64,000 nt of DNA. It comes from Anaerolineae bacterium. GTDB taxonomy: Bacteria; Chloroflexota; Anaerolineae; Fen-1058. The stretch's first letter is position 1. Every line of letters begins with the position of its first letter. The stretch is from contig DATDPU010000033.1 in the NCBI GenBank assembly GCA_035292585.1, positions 9,691-73,690 of the forward strand. The letters are read 5' to 3'. Below are positions 17,753 through 25,741 of the stretch, piece by piece. Both the position numbers and the translations under genes were made by a program. A model generated the notes under the pieces. It was not told where the DNA came from. It saw nothing but the letters and a program-made list of their open reading frames with translations, and did not search any database.

Positions 17753-19207
17753 ATGGAACGCCATTTTCGACACAAGGCACTGCGTGTTGGCATAACTCTA
17801 CTCGTCGGCGTGAGTTTTTTAGTGTTCGCGATGCTGCTGCTTCGAGCAAACTCGATTGTTCAAGCCACGGGTATCAAATCTTCACAAACGATTGGTAGCC
17901 AGGTTAGCGACATAGCCAATCCAGCCTGTGAAATGACATCCACTGTACTGGCCGCGTATCAGGTCTGGCATGGGTTGACACAGACTCACCAGCAGCCGCC
18001 GCCCTATCTTTCCATCGATCCCGACGTGATCTCCAGACACATTCGATCGGCTCAGGCGCAGTGTATTGATGGGTTCGTGGTGGACTGGTACGGGCCGCCC
18101 ACCGGTCTGCCAAATGACGAGCGAGGTTACATGGATCAAGCGACGGCTGAACTTCTACGCCAGTCGGCGGATCGTGGATTCAAAGTCGCCTTGATGTATG
18201 ACGAGGGGGCGCTCTCAAGTGTAACGGCCAATACCACAACACGGGTGATCAGCGATCTTCTTTACGCCAGACAATATTTCACCCTGTCGAGTTATCTCAC
18301 GATCTCCGGGCGCCCGGCTCTCTTTATCTTCCCCTATGACAATGTTGACCCTCATATCGACTGGTCAACAGTCCGCCAACAGTTGGGCATCTCCTTCACC
18401 CTGCTCGATAAAGATCCAGACCCGAACCAACTCGCACACGATGCTTTGTTCGATGGGTTTTACGCTTGGGTGTATTCACCTTCCTGGCCGACGAGCACTC
18501 TGGACTGGGGCGAGGATTACTTGAAATGGTTCTATCCGGCAATGAAAACATCGCCTTATGTGACTAAGACCGTCGTTGGCGGTGTATGGCCGGGCTTCGA
18601 CGATAGCGGGGCTGCGTGGGGGCAAGGTCGCTATATCTCACGGCGCTGCGGAGCAACCTGGCTCGATACCTGGAACCTGGCCAAGCAATATCAGCCTCCC
18701 TTGGTGTTGATCGGGACCTGGAATGACTTCGAAGAAGGCACAGACATTGAGTACGGCATCCTTCCAAAGCCAGCATGGCAGGAAGACTTCGATCCCATTC
18801 AAAGGACCTGGATGACTCCGACGGCGAGATGGGAAGACGTTCCCGGGCCTACAGCCATCTTGCGTGAAAACAACCCTGCCGAATCCTTTGGCAAGGTGGA
18901 ATCGGAGGTCATCACGGCGAATGTAGATCTTTATCCCCTGCTACGGGTCAACGTCACAGCCGTTGACGCAGACGCCAGTTACACCGTCCAGATTCTGGAT
19001 AAGCGCACGGACATCGCAACAGATGTGCTCAAAGAGATCACCGCGCCCGGCAGGCACATCGTCAACCTCGCTCAACAAATGGGGTGGCAAGGCCCGCAAT
19101 CCTTCACGCTCAACATCTGGATCGGCGGCGAGGGAAAAACCGCCACATTCGATCGTGTGAGTATTGAGGCGTGTTACTACATCTACCTACCCGCCGTTAT
19201 CAGGTGA
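17753..19207 (+). CDS. secreted/membrane-anchored glycoside hydrolase, GH99/GH71-like (tentative family)
   Basis: N-terminal TM/signal, DGFVVDWYG and IGTWNDFEEGTDIE motifs resembling GH99 endo-mannosidase-type (NEWHEGTQIE) catalytic regions. The gene lies in a markedly lower-GC segment. Confidence 0.5.
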   Translation: MERHFRHKALRVGITLLVGVSFLVFAMLLLRANSIVQATGIKSSQTIGSQVSDIANPACEMTSTVLAAYQVWHGLTQTHQQPPPYLSIDPDVISRHIRSAQAQCIDGFVVDWYGPPTGLPNDERGYMDQATAELLRQSADRGFKVALMYDEGALSSVTANTTTRVISDLLYARQYFTLSSYLTISGRPALFIFPYDNVDPHIDWSTVRQQLGISFTLLDKDPDPNQLAHDALFDGFYAWVYSPSWPTSTLDWGEDYLKWFYPAMKTSPYVTKTVVGGVWPGFDDSGAAWGQGRYISRRCGATWLDTWNLAKQYQPPLVLIGTWNDFEEGTDIEYGILPKPAWQEDFDPIQRTWMTPTARWEDVPGPTAILRENNPAESFGKVESEVITANVDLYPLLRVNVTAVDADASYTVQILDKRTDIATDVLKEITAPGRHIVNLAQQMGWQGPQSFTLNIWIGGEGKTATFDRVSIEACYYIYLPAVIR

Positions 19208-19334
19208 GGCAAATCCACTACACGTGACCCATTGTTACCGAAAACACACGGCGACGCTCAAGTGAATGTCTGCTTGGCTCCGAATAGAGCCAAGCAGTTT
19301 CTTGTTTGAGATAACTGTTCTGTGTCTTTTGGAC

Positions 19335-19425
19335 AGGACTTACGCAGTTGGCGCGGCAGTTGCACTGCCGCCGCCTCAGCTGCCGCAGTACAACTGCGGC
19401 AGCAACATGCAGCTGCGTAAGTCCT
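19335..19425. repeat. 91-bp MITE-like element (copy B)
   Basis: One mismatch relative to copy A. It lies immediately 3' of the low-GC glycoside hydrolase gene. Confidence 0.8.
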
Positions 19426-19568
19426 GTTGGATTCTAGTTCTGGTCACAGTTTTTGTCCAACCGGTCGCCAATTGAGCCTTGCATCATTACTTGCATCTCC
19501 GCCCTAACCGGTTATACTACCTCCCGGCAACTTCGATTTTCCGTGCAACTCGATCCAGGAGACATGCA

Positions 19569-21788
19569 ATGTCGTCCTGCCCCTCGTGCGGGCGCGATGT
19601 CGGTTCGCACGTTACCTGTCCCCACTGTGGCGCGAACCTTAAACGCCGCCTGACCATCAGCCTGTTCGGCCTGCTCGCGATCCTGCTGGCGGTCGGCGGG
19701 CTGGGGCTGTTGTGGTACGTCTCCGTCAATACGGCGCTCCCCACGATCCGCATTGGCCAGATTCAGGCGGCGCAGAACTATGCTTACGTTCGCCTCGACG
19801 GCGTCGTCAAGCGCAGCCCGCGTTTCAACCCCGATTCCGAAGCGCTCACGTTTTGGATCGACGACGGCAGCGGGCAGATGCTCGTGTCCGCGTTCCGCTC
19901 GGACGCGCGCGCGTTGATCGCCGCCGATCGCGTGCCGGCGCTGGGCGATCGTATCTCGGTCGCGGGCACGTTGCGCGTGCGCGACGATACACCGTCCTTG
20001 ACGCTCAACTCGCCGGATGCGCTGACGCTGTCGCGCGCGATCGATGCCGCGCAGGCGCGTGAGCTCGGCGCGCTGTCGGCGGCCGATGCCTTCACCGCCG
20101 TCACCGTGCGCGGGCAGGTGCGCGCCGTGCGCGAGCCGCCATCTGCGGGCGGCCTGCGCTTGCTCACGATCCGCGACGCGACGGGTGAAATCGATGTGGC
20201 GATCAGCGCCGACATGGCAAGCTGGGGCGCGCCCGCTCCCGAAGTGCAGACCGGCGCTTCGATCGAGGTGACCGGCGTGGTCACGCTGTACGAAGACGAG
20301 CCGCAGCTCACGCTGACACGCGGCGATGGCTTAGCGCAGCTGAGTGAGCCGATCGAGATCGCGCAGCTCACGCCGATCCGGGGATTGGGCGACGATGACC
20401 TCAGCCGCTGGGTGCGGGTTCAGGGCACCATCGCCAAAATTGCGCCGTTCTCCGCCGGCGTGAAGTTCACGCTCAACGACGTGCAGGGCCAGGACCTCAT
20501 TCTGCTGCTGTGGCAAGATGTCTTCGAAGCGCTGCCGGATAGCGCCGACTGGCAAATCGGCGCCGAGGTGGCGGCGCAGGGGCAGCTGAATTCGTTCCGG
20601 GGTGAATTGGAGCTGGTGCCGGAGGTCGCGCTCGACGTCGCGATCCTGAATCGCGCCATCGTCGAAGCGCCGCCTACGCTCAACCTGACCGGCATCGGCA
20701 CGATCACCCAAGAAGACCTGGGCCAGATGGTGTTCATCAGCGGGACGATCGAGAGCGCCGATCGGTTTACCAGCGGCGTGCGCTTCCGGGTGGAGGATCA
20801 CACCGGTTCGATCCTGCTGGTGCTATTCAGTAACGTGTATGAACAGATTGAAACCGGCGACCGTTTGGAAGATGGCGTGAGCGTCTCGGCGCTGGGTCGG
20901 GTGAGCGAATTCAACGGTGCGCTGGAGATCGTTCCGCCGAACGGCGCAAGTGTGCGGGTCTTGCTGGATACTGAGATCGCCCAGGTCACACCCACGCCGC
21001 CGCCGGCCCCGACAGCCATCCCCCTGCCCACGCTCACGCCCGGCAACGTGACGACTGGCACGTTTCAACCGACGCCTCTACCGAGTTTGACCGGCACGCC
21101 CTCGCTGACGCCCTTGCCCGATTTGACCGGCGCGCCAGCACCGACGCCGCTGCCCGACCTGACCGCCACGGCTGCGCTGACCCCTGCCGCCGGCGAGGTG
21201 ATGACAATCGGCTCGCTCGATGCCTCGCGGATCGGGCAGCAGGTGACAGTGCGCGGCCAGGTGATCTCGGCATCCAGCTTCTCGGCCGGGTTCCGCTTTA
21301 CGCTGAACGACAACTCCGGTTCGATCCAGCTGGTCTTGTTCGACGGTCGGTACCGCGAACTCACAAATCGCGCGGAGCTGAATCTCGGCGCGCAAGTCAG
21401 CGTCAGGGCGATGCTGGCCGAGTTCAACGGCGCATTGGAACTCCAACCAGCCGTCGGCAGCGACGTCAGCATCGAGCAACCCGGCTCATCGTCGATCGTC
21501 AAGACGCGCGCGATCAACACGCTGTCCACGGCCGACGTGGGCACCCTCGCCGCCGTCATCGGCGACGTGTTGCGCGTGGAAGGTTTCTCGTCGGGCATCA
21601 GCGTGTTCGTCAACGACGGCACAGGCGAGCTGCGCATCGTCATCTTCAACAACGTGTTGAACTACGTTCCCAACGCGCCCGCGCTGCAGGCCGGCGCGAA
21701 GGTGCGTGTGACGGGTCGCGTCGACGAGTTCAACGGTGCGCTCGAACTGGTGCCGGCGTTGGGTTACGATGTGGCGGTGAATCCGTGA
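19569..21788 (+). CDS. membrane protein with N-terminal zinc ribbon and six tandem OB-fold (tRNA_anti-like) repeats
   Basis: ATG 19569 with an AGGAGA Shine-Dalgarno; CPSCG...CPHCG zinc ribbon; one TM helix; six about 100-aa repeats each with the V.V.G.V....F..G..F.L.D..G.I.LVLF pattern; and a Pro/Thr-rich linker (PTPLPSLTGTPSLTPLPDLTG...). Confidence 0.65.
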   Translation: MSSCPSCGRDVGSHVTCPHCGANLKRRLTISLFGLLAILLAVGGLGLLWYVSVNTALPTIRIGQIQAAQNYAYVRLDGVVKRSPRFNPDSEALTFWIDDGSGQMLVSAFRSDARALIAADRVPALGDRISVAGTLRVRDDTPSLTLNSPDALTLSRAIDAAQARELGALSAADAFTAVTVRGQVRAVREPPSAGGLRLLTIRDATGEIDVAISADMASWGAPAPEVQTGASIEVTGVVTLYEDEPQLTLTRGDGLAQLSEPIEIAQLTPIRGLGDDDLSRWVRVQGTIAKIAPFSAGVKFTLNDVQGQDLILLLWQDVFEALPDSADWQIGAEVAAQGQLNSFRGELELVPEVALDVAILNRAIVEAPPTLNLTGIGTITQEDLGQMVFISGTIESADRFTSGVRFRVEDHTGSILLVLFSNVYEQIETGDRLEDGVSVSALGRVSEFNGALEIVPPNGASVRVLLDTEIAQVTPTPPPAPTAIPLPTLTPGNVTTGTFQPTPLPSLTGTPSLTPLPDLTGAPAPTPLPDLTATAALTPAAGEVMTIGSLDASRIGQQVTVRGQVISASSFSAGFRFTLNDNSGSIQLVLFDGRYRELTNRAELNLGAQVSVRAMLAEFNGALELQPAVGSDVSIEQPGSSSIVKTRAINTLSTADVGTLAAVIGDVLRVEGFSSGISVFVNDGTGELRIVIFNNVLNYVPNAPALQAGAKVRVTGRVDEFNGALELVPALGYDVAVNP

Positions 21789-21795
21789 AGGCCAT

Positions 21796-21863
21796 ACCTG
21801 CTACCTGTTTACTTATTTACCAGTATGCAGGTAGACAGGTAGACAAGTAGCAAGTAACAGGCA
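21796..21863. repeat. hairpin-forming heptamer array (CTACCTG direct copies facing CAGGTAG copies)
   Basis: Inverted repeat seen in the sequence, in the 76-nt gap between the OB-fold gene and the next gene. Confidence 0.7.
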
Positions 21864-21864
21864 G

Positions 21865-23184
21865 ATGGACACACTCATCCTGATCGGCCTGGCGGTGCTG
21901 GGCGCGGTGGCGTCAGCGGGGCTGGCGCTGATCCCGGCGTTGCACATCTACAACGTCGCCGGGCTGCTGATCCTCGTCGCCGGTTCGCTGTCATCTATCC
22001 TCAACCTCGATCAACTAGCGCTGCTGTTGCTCGGCATGGTCGTCGGCTACTCGATGCTGAACACGATCCCGGCGACATTCCTGGCCGCGCCGGACGAGTC
22101 GGCGGCGTTCATCGTGCTGCCCGCGCAGAAGTGGCTGCTGCAGCGGCGCGGTTACGAAGCGGTCGTCCTCACCGGCGTCGGCGGGTTAGGCGGGCTGGCG
22201 GTTGTCGTCGCGCTCAGCCCGTTTGCCGGCGAAGCCGCGCGCATCCTGCAAGCGATCGTCGCGCCGCACCTCGGCTGGATCCTGCTGGCCGTCAGCGCCT
22301 TCATGCTGATGTCGGAGTGGCCCAAAGCGGGCGAGCGCGGCCGGACGCGCATCGGGCGTTTCCTCGCCGCGTGGACCGGGTTGGGCGCCGGGATTCTCAC
22401 CTTCTTTTTGTCCGGCCTGCTCGGCTTCATCATCATCTATCGCAGCGTCGTGCCGACCGAGGTCGCGTTTCAGAATTTGCTGCCGGCGTTCCTCGGCTTG
22501 TTTGCCGTGCCCATGGTCCTGGCGAACTTCATCATGGGCACGCGCATTCCTGAGCAATACCTGTCCACCTCGCTCGACGTGTCTCCGTCCCACTTGCTGC
22601 GCGGCATCGCTTCGGGCACGCTAGGCGGGTTGTTCGCCGCGTTCTTCCCGGTGGTGACCGGCGGCGTCGGTGGGTTCCTCGCCGCGCATGCGACGGCGCA
22701 ACGCGACGACCGCACGTTCATTCTCTCGCAAGGCGCTTCGAAATCGGTGTACTACGTCGGCGGCTTTCTGTTGTTCTTCGTGCCGGGCCTGCACCTGGCG
22801 CGCGGCGGCATGGCGGCGATGCTCAGCACGATTTACACGCCGGCGACGCCGTTGCTGTACTTTACCGCCGTGGCGGCCATCGCGGTGAGCGGGGCGGTTT
22901 CGTTCTTGCTGTTGATCGCGTTGAGCCGCCTGGCGATCCGCGTGGTCGAGCGCGTTCATTACCGCGTGATTAACGCCGCGACGCTGGCGATCCTGGTCAC
23001 GCTGGTGGCTGCGCTGACTGGTCCCGGCGGGTTGCTGATCATGCTGGCCGCAACGGGCATCGGCCTGATCCCGACGCTGTTCGGCTCGCGGCGCATGAAC
23101 TGCCTGGGGGTGTTGCTGCTCCCGATCACACTCAACCTGCTGGGACTGGGGCCGTCGGTGGCAAGGCTGCTGGGACTGATCTGA
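21865..23184 (+). CDS. polytopic membrane protein, possibly TctA/DUF112-family transporter subunit (tentative)
   Basis: About 12 predicted TM helices and Gly-rich helices. The family call is weak and is pattern resemblance only. Confidence 0.4.
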   Translation: MDTLILIGLAVLGAVASAGLALIPALHIYNVAGLLILVAGSLSSILNLDQLALLLLGMVVGYSMLNTIPATFLAAPDESAAFIVLPAQKWLLQRRGYEAVVLTGVGGLGGLAVVVALSPFAGEAARILQAIVAPHLGWILLAVSAFMLMSEWPKAGERGRTRIGRFLAAWTGLGAGILTFFLSGLLGFIIIYRSVVPTEVAFQNLLPAFLGLFAVPMVLANFIMGTRIPEQYLSTSLDVSPSHLLRGIASGTLGGLFAAFFPVVTGGVGGFLAAHATAQRDDRTFILSQGASKSVYYVGGFLLFFVPGLHLARGGMAAMLSTIYTPATPLLYFTAVAAIAVSGAVSFLLLIALSRLAIRVVERVHYRVINAATLAILVTLVAALTGPGGLLIMLAATGIGLIPTLFGSRRMNCLGVLLLPITLNLLGLGPSVARLLGLI

Positions 23185-23249
23185 ATGTAGAATGAAGAAT
23201 GAGGAATGAGGAATGAAGAATGAGGAATGAGGAATGCAGAATGCAGAAA
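23183..23249. repeat. heptamer tandem array GAATGNA x9, upstream of the four-helix-bundle gene
   Basis: Seen in the sequence. It has the same GAATGTA unit as the array at 7652. Confidence 0.8.
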
Positions 23250-23630
23250 GGGGGAAATGTGGCTAGCAAAGCGCCGCGCAATATTCAAGAGCGAACATTT
23301 GAATTCGGCCTCCGGATTGTGAGACTGGTCGATCGACTGCCGAGGACGCTATCGGCGACAGAAATCGGACGGCAGATGTTGCGCTCCGGCACATCGGTCG
23401 GCGCGAATATGGAGGAGGCGAAGGGCGCGGAAAGTCGACGTGACTTCATCCACAAGACCAGTACGGCATACAAAGAGGCGCGCGAAACTTTTTATTGGTT
23501 GAGCCTGATCGATGCTGCCGTTCTTTGTCGTGACCAAGAAGTTCTTTCGCTTCGTCAAGAATGCGATGAAGTTATCCGTATCCTCCACACCATCTTACGC
23601 AAGGCACGCTCATCACAGCAAGCGGCGTAA
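23241..23630 (+). CDS. four-helix-bundle protein (TIGR02436-type, so-called 23S rRNA intervening-sequence protein family)
   Basis: About 125 aa with the characteristic FEFGLRIVRL...LPR...IGRQMLRSGTSVGANMEEA...EA..YWL helical pattern. The start is uncertain because the track ORF begins inside the heptamer array. Confidence 0.7.
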   Translation: MQKGGNVASKAPRNIQERTFEFGLRIVRLVDRLPRTLSATEIGRQMLRSGTSVGANMEEAKGAESRRDFIHKTSTAYKEARETFYWLSLIDAAVLCRDQEVLSLRQECDEVIRILHTILRKARSSQQAA

Positions 23631-23633
23631 TTT

Positions 23634-23685
23634 TCTTCATTCTCAATTCTTCATTCTCAATTCTTAATTCTACATTCTGCATTGA
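23634..23685. repeat. inverted heptamer array (reverse complement of GAATGAA/GAATTGA units) downstream of the four-helix-bundle gene
   Basis: The reverse complement reads GAATGTA GAATTAA GAATTGA GAATGAA GAATTGA GAATGAA. It forms a long inverted repeat with 23183-23249 across the gene. Confidence 0.8.
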
Positions 23686-23686
23686 T

Positions 23687-24682
23687 ATGAAGGGCATCAC
23701 GCATTTCGTCAGCGGCATCGCCGCCGCCACTTTCATTCCGGGCGTGGTCGAACAGGCCGCGGCCGGGTCACTGCTGCCGGTGCTGGGCGGCGTGTTCGGC
23801 CTGTTGCCCGACACGCTCGATTTCAAGTTCGCGCGCTACTTCGAACGCGCCGAGCAGATCGACCCGGACCCGCGTCACCCCGACCCGCAACTGATCGCCG
23901 ACCGGCTGGCCGAGGCGATCGATCGGGCCTACAAGCGCAATCAGCCCGTCCGCGTGCGGCTGCACACGATGAAGCTGGGCGTCGATCTATGGCGGCAGTA
24001 TACCGTCCGCTTCGACGCCGAGAACGGCGAGATCGCCGTGCGCATCGGGCCGACGGTGAACACCTCGCAGCTGGCGTATGCCGGTTCGGAAATCGAAGGA
24101 CTGAAGGAGGCGCGCGCGAAAGTCGAAGCGCCGTTGGTGTATACCTATGGCGAGGAGATGAAGATCGATATCTTCGGCGGGCCGTCGTTCGCCTTCAAGC
24201 GCGTCAAGGACAAGGTCGAGATTCAATTTCTGCCATGGCATCGATCGTGGTCGCACTCGCTCGTGTTGGCGGCGTTCCTCGGGCTGGCGACCGGGCTGCT
24301 GCTCAATGCCACACTCGGCTGGGTGATCTTCGCCGGCATGGCCGTGCACATTCTCGAAGATCAGCTCGGCTACATGGGCAGCAACCTGTTTTGGCCGCTC
24401 ACCGAGAATCGGGCCGGCGGGCTGCGGTTGATTCACTCCGGCGACCCGATCCCCAATTTCGTCACGGTCTGGACGGCGCTGGTACTGATCCTCTTCAACC
24501 TCGATCGGTTTTCAGGCGAGCCGCCGTTCTTCCAGCCGGTAGTCTTTTTGACCTTTGCCCTGGCTGTGCCTGTCGGCGGGCTGTTGTCGTTCTACTTCAT
24601 GGGCAAGCGGCGCGGCTACCAAACGATCGAGGCGGCGAAACAGGCGGACGTGATCCAGGAGCTCGTAGAGACGGAGGTATAG
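23687..24682 (+). CDS. membrane protein, possible DUF457-like membrane-bound metal-dependent hydrolase (tentative)
   Basis: N-terminal MKGITHFVSG and a His-rich C-terminal TM region (HSLVLAA...HILEDQLGYMGSNLFWPL). Weak resemblance only. Confidence 0.35.
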   Translation: MKGITHFVSGIAAATFIPGVVEQAAAGSLLPVLGGVFGLLPDTLDFKFARYFERAEQIDPDPRHPDPQLIADRLAEAIDRAYKRNQPVRVRLHTMKLGVDLWRQYTVRFDAENGEIAVRIGPTVNTSQLAYAGSEIEGLKEARAKVEAPLVYTYGEEMKIDIFGGPSFAFKRVKDKVEIQFLPWHRSWSHSLVLAAFLGLATGLLLNATLGWVIFAGMAVHILEDQLGYMGSNLFWPLTENRAGGLRLIHSGDPIPNFVTVWTALVLILFNLDRFSGEPPFFQPVVFLTFALAVPVGGLLSFYFMGKRRGYQTIEAAKQADVIQELVETEV

Positions 24683-24785
24683 CGGTCAACGGACTTGCCA
24701 ACGGACAACCCTCGCGCGCAGCGCGGGGGTTGTCCGCTTAAGAGTCCGTTGACGGCTCTATCCGCTTTTCTGGAGAAGGCAACGC

Positions 24786-25283
24786 ATGATAACCGACTAC
24801 ATCCGCACGCTCTACGCTTACAACGCCTGGGCGAACGGGCAGATTCTCGACACGGCCGCGCCGCTCGACCCGGCGCAGCTGTTCGCCGGCGGCGGCGCGA
24901 GTTTCGATTCGATTCACGCGACGCTGGTTCACACTCTCGGCGCGCAGTGGCTCTGGCTCTCGCGCTGGCAAGGCGTGTCGCCACGCGCGGTGCTCAACCC
25001 AGCCGACTTCCCCGACCTCGGCTCGATTCGCGCCCGCTGGGAGCAGGTCGAGCGCGACACGCAGGTCTTCGTGGACGCGCTGGACGCATCGAGCTTGGGG
25101 CGCATCGTCGAATACACCAACACCGCCGACCAGCCGAACGCTTACCCGCTGTGGCAGATCATGCTGCATCAGGTCAACCACGCGACGCAGCACCGCAGCG
25201 AGGTGGCGCTGCTGCTGACGCAATTCGGCCATTCGCCGGGCGAGCTTGACCTGCTGCGGTATCTCGAGCTTTCAAGGACTTAA
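24786..25283 (+). CDS. DinB/YfiT-like (DinB_2) four-helix metal-binding protein
   Basis: YAYNAWANGQIL...HATLVHTLGAQWLWL...HQVNHATQHR pattern with a conserved His triad. Confidence 0.7.
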   Translation: MITDYIRTLYAYNAWANGQILDTAAPLDPAQLFAGGGASFDSIHATLVHTLGAQWLWLSRWQGVSPRAVLNPADFPDLGSIRARWEQVERDTQVFVDALDASSLGRIVEYTNTADQPNAYPLWQIMLHQVNHATQHRSEVALLLTQFGHSPGELDLLRYLELSRT

Positions 25284-25313
25284 CTACAGCGCCAGAGAGG
25301 AGGGGGATGCGGA

Positions 25314-25727
25314 ATGCAAGCCGAACGCGTTCTGGAAACCTGTCTGTACGTGGACGATCTGCAGGCGGCGGCGGAGTTTTACACCCGCGTCCTCGGACTG
25401 TCGCTGCTCTCGCGTGTCGAAGGGCGACACGTCTTCTTCCGCTGCGGCGCGGGCGTCTTCCTGCTGTTCAACCCCGCCACGACGATTCAGCCGAACAACA
25501 GCAGCCGCGGCGTGCCGACGCACGGCGCGCACGGGCCGGGCCACGCCGCGTTCGCCATGCCGCACGCCGAGATTGCGAACTGGCGCGAGCATTTGCTGCA
25601 AAACGGCGTGGCGATCGAAAAGGAAATCAATTGGCCGGGCGGCGGCTACTCGCTTTACTTCCGCGACCCGGCGGGCAACAGTCTCGAACTGGCAACCCCG
25701 AAAACCTGGGGGCTGGCGAGTGACTGA
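25314..25727 (+). CDS. VOC/glyoxalase-bleomycin resistance family protein
   Basis: 137 aa, with a YTRVLGL N-terminal and a paired beta-alpha-beta-beta-beta module pattern. C-terminal GNSLEL. Confidence 0.7.
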   Translation: MQAERVLETCLYVDDLQAAAEFYTRVLGLSLLSRVEGRHVFFRCGAGVFLLFNPATTIQPNNSSRGVPTHGAHGPGHAAFAMPHAEIANWREHLLQNGVAIEKEINWPGGGYSLYFRDPAGNSLELATPKTWGLASD

Positions 25728-25741
25728 TTACTGCTCACTCG

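Noticed and set aside
22959-23288. 109-aa minus-strand ORF containing HSSFLIPHSSFLIPHSSFYI repeats
   Set aside because: The repeat peptide is translation of the heptamer array, and the ORF overlaps the 3' end of the membrane protein gene on the other strand.
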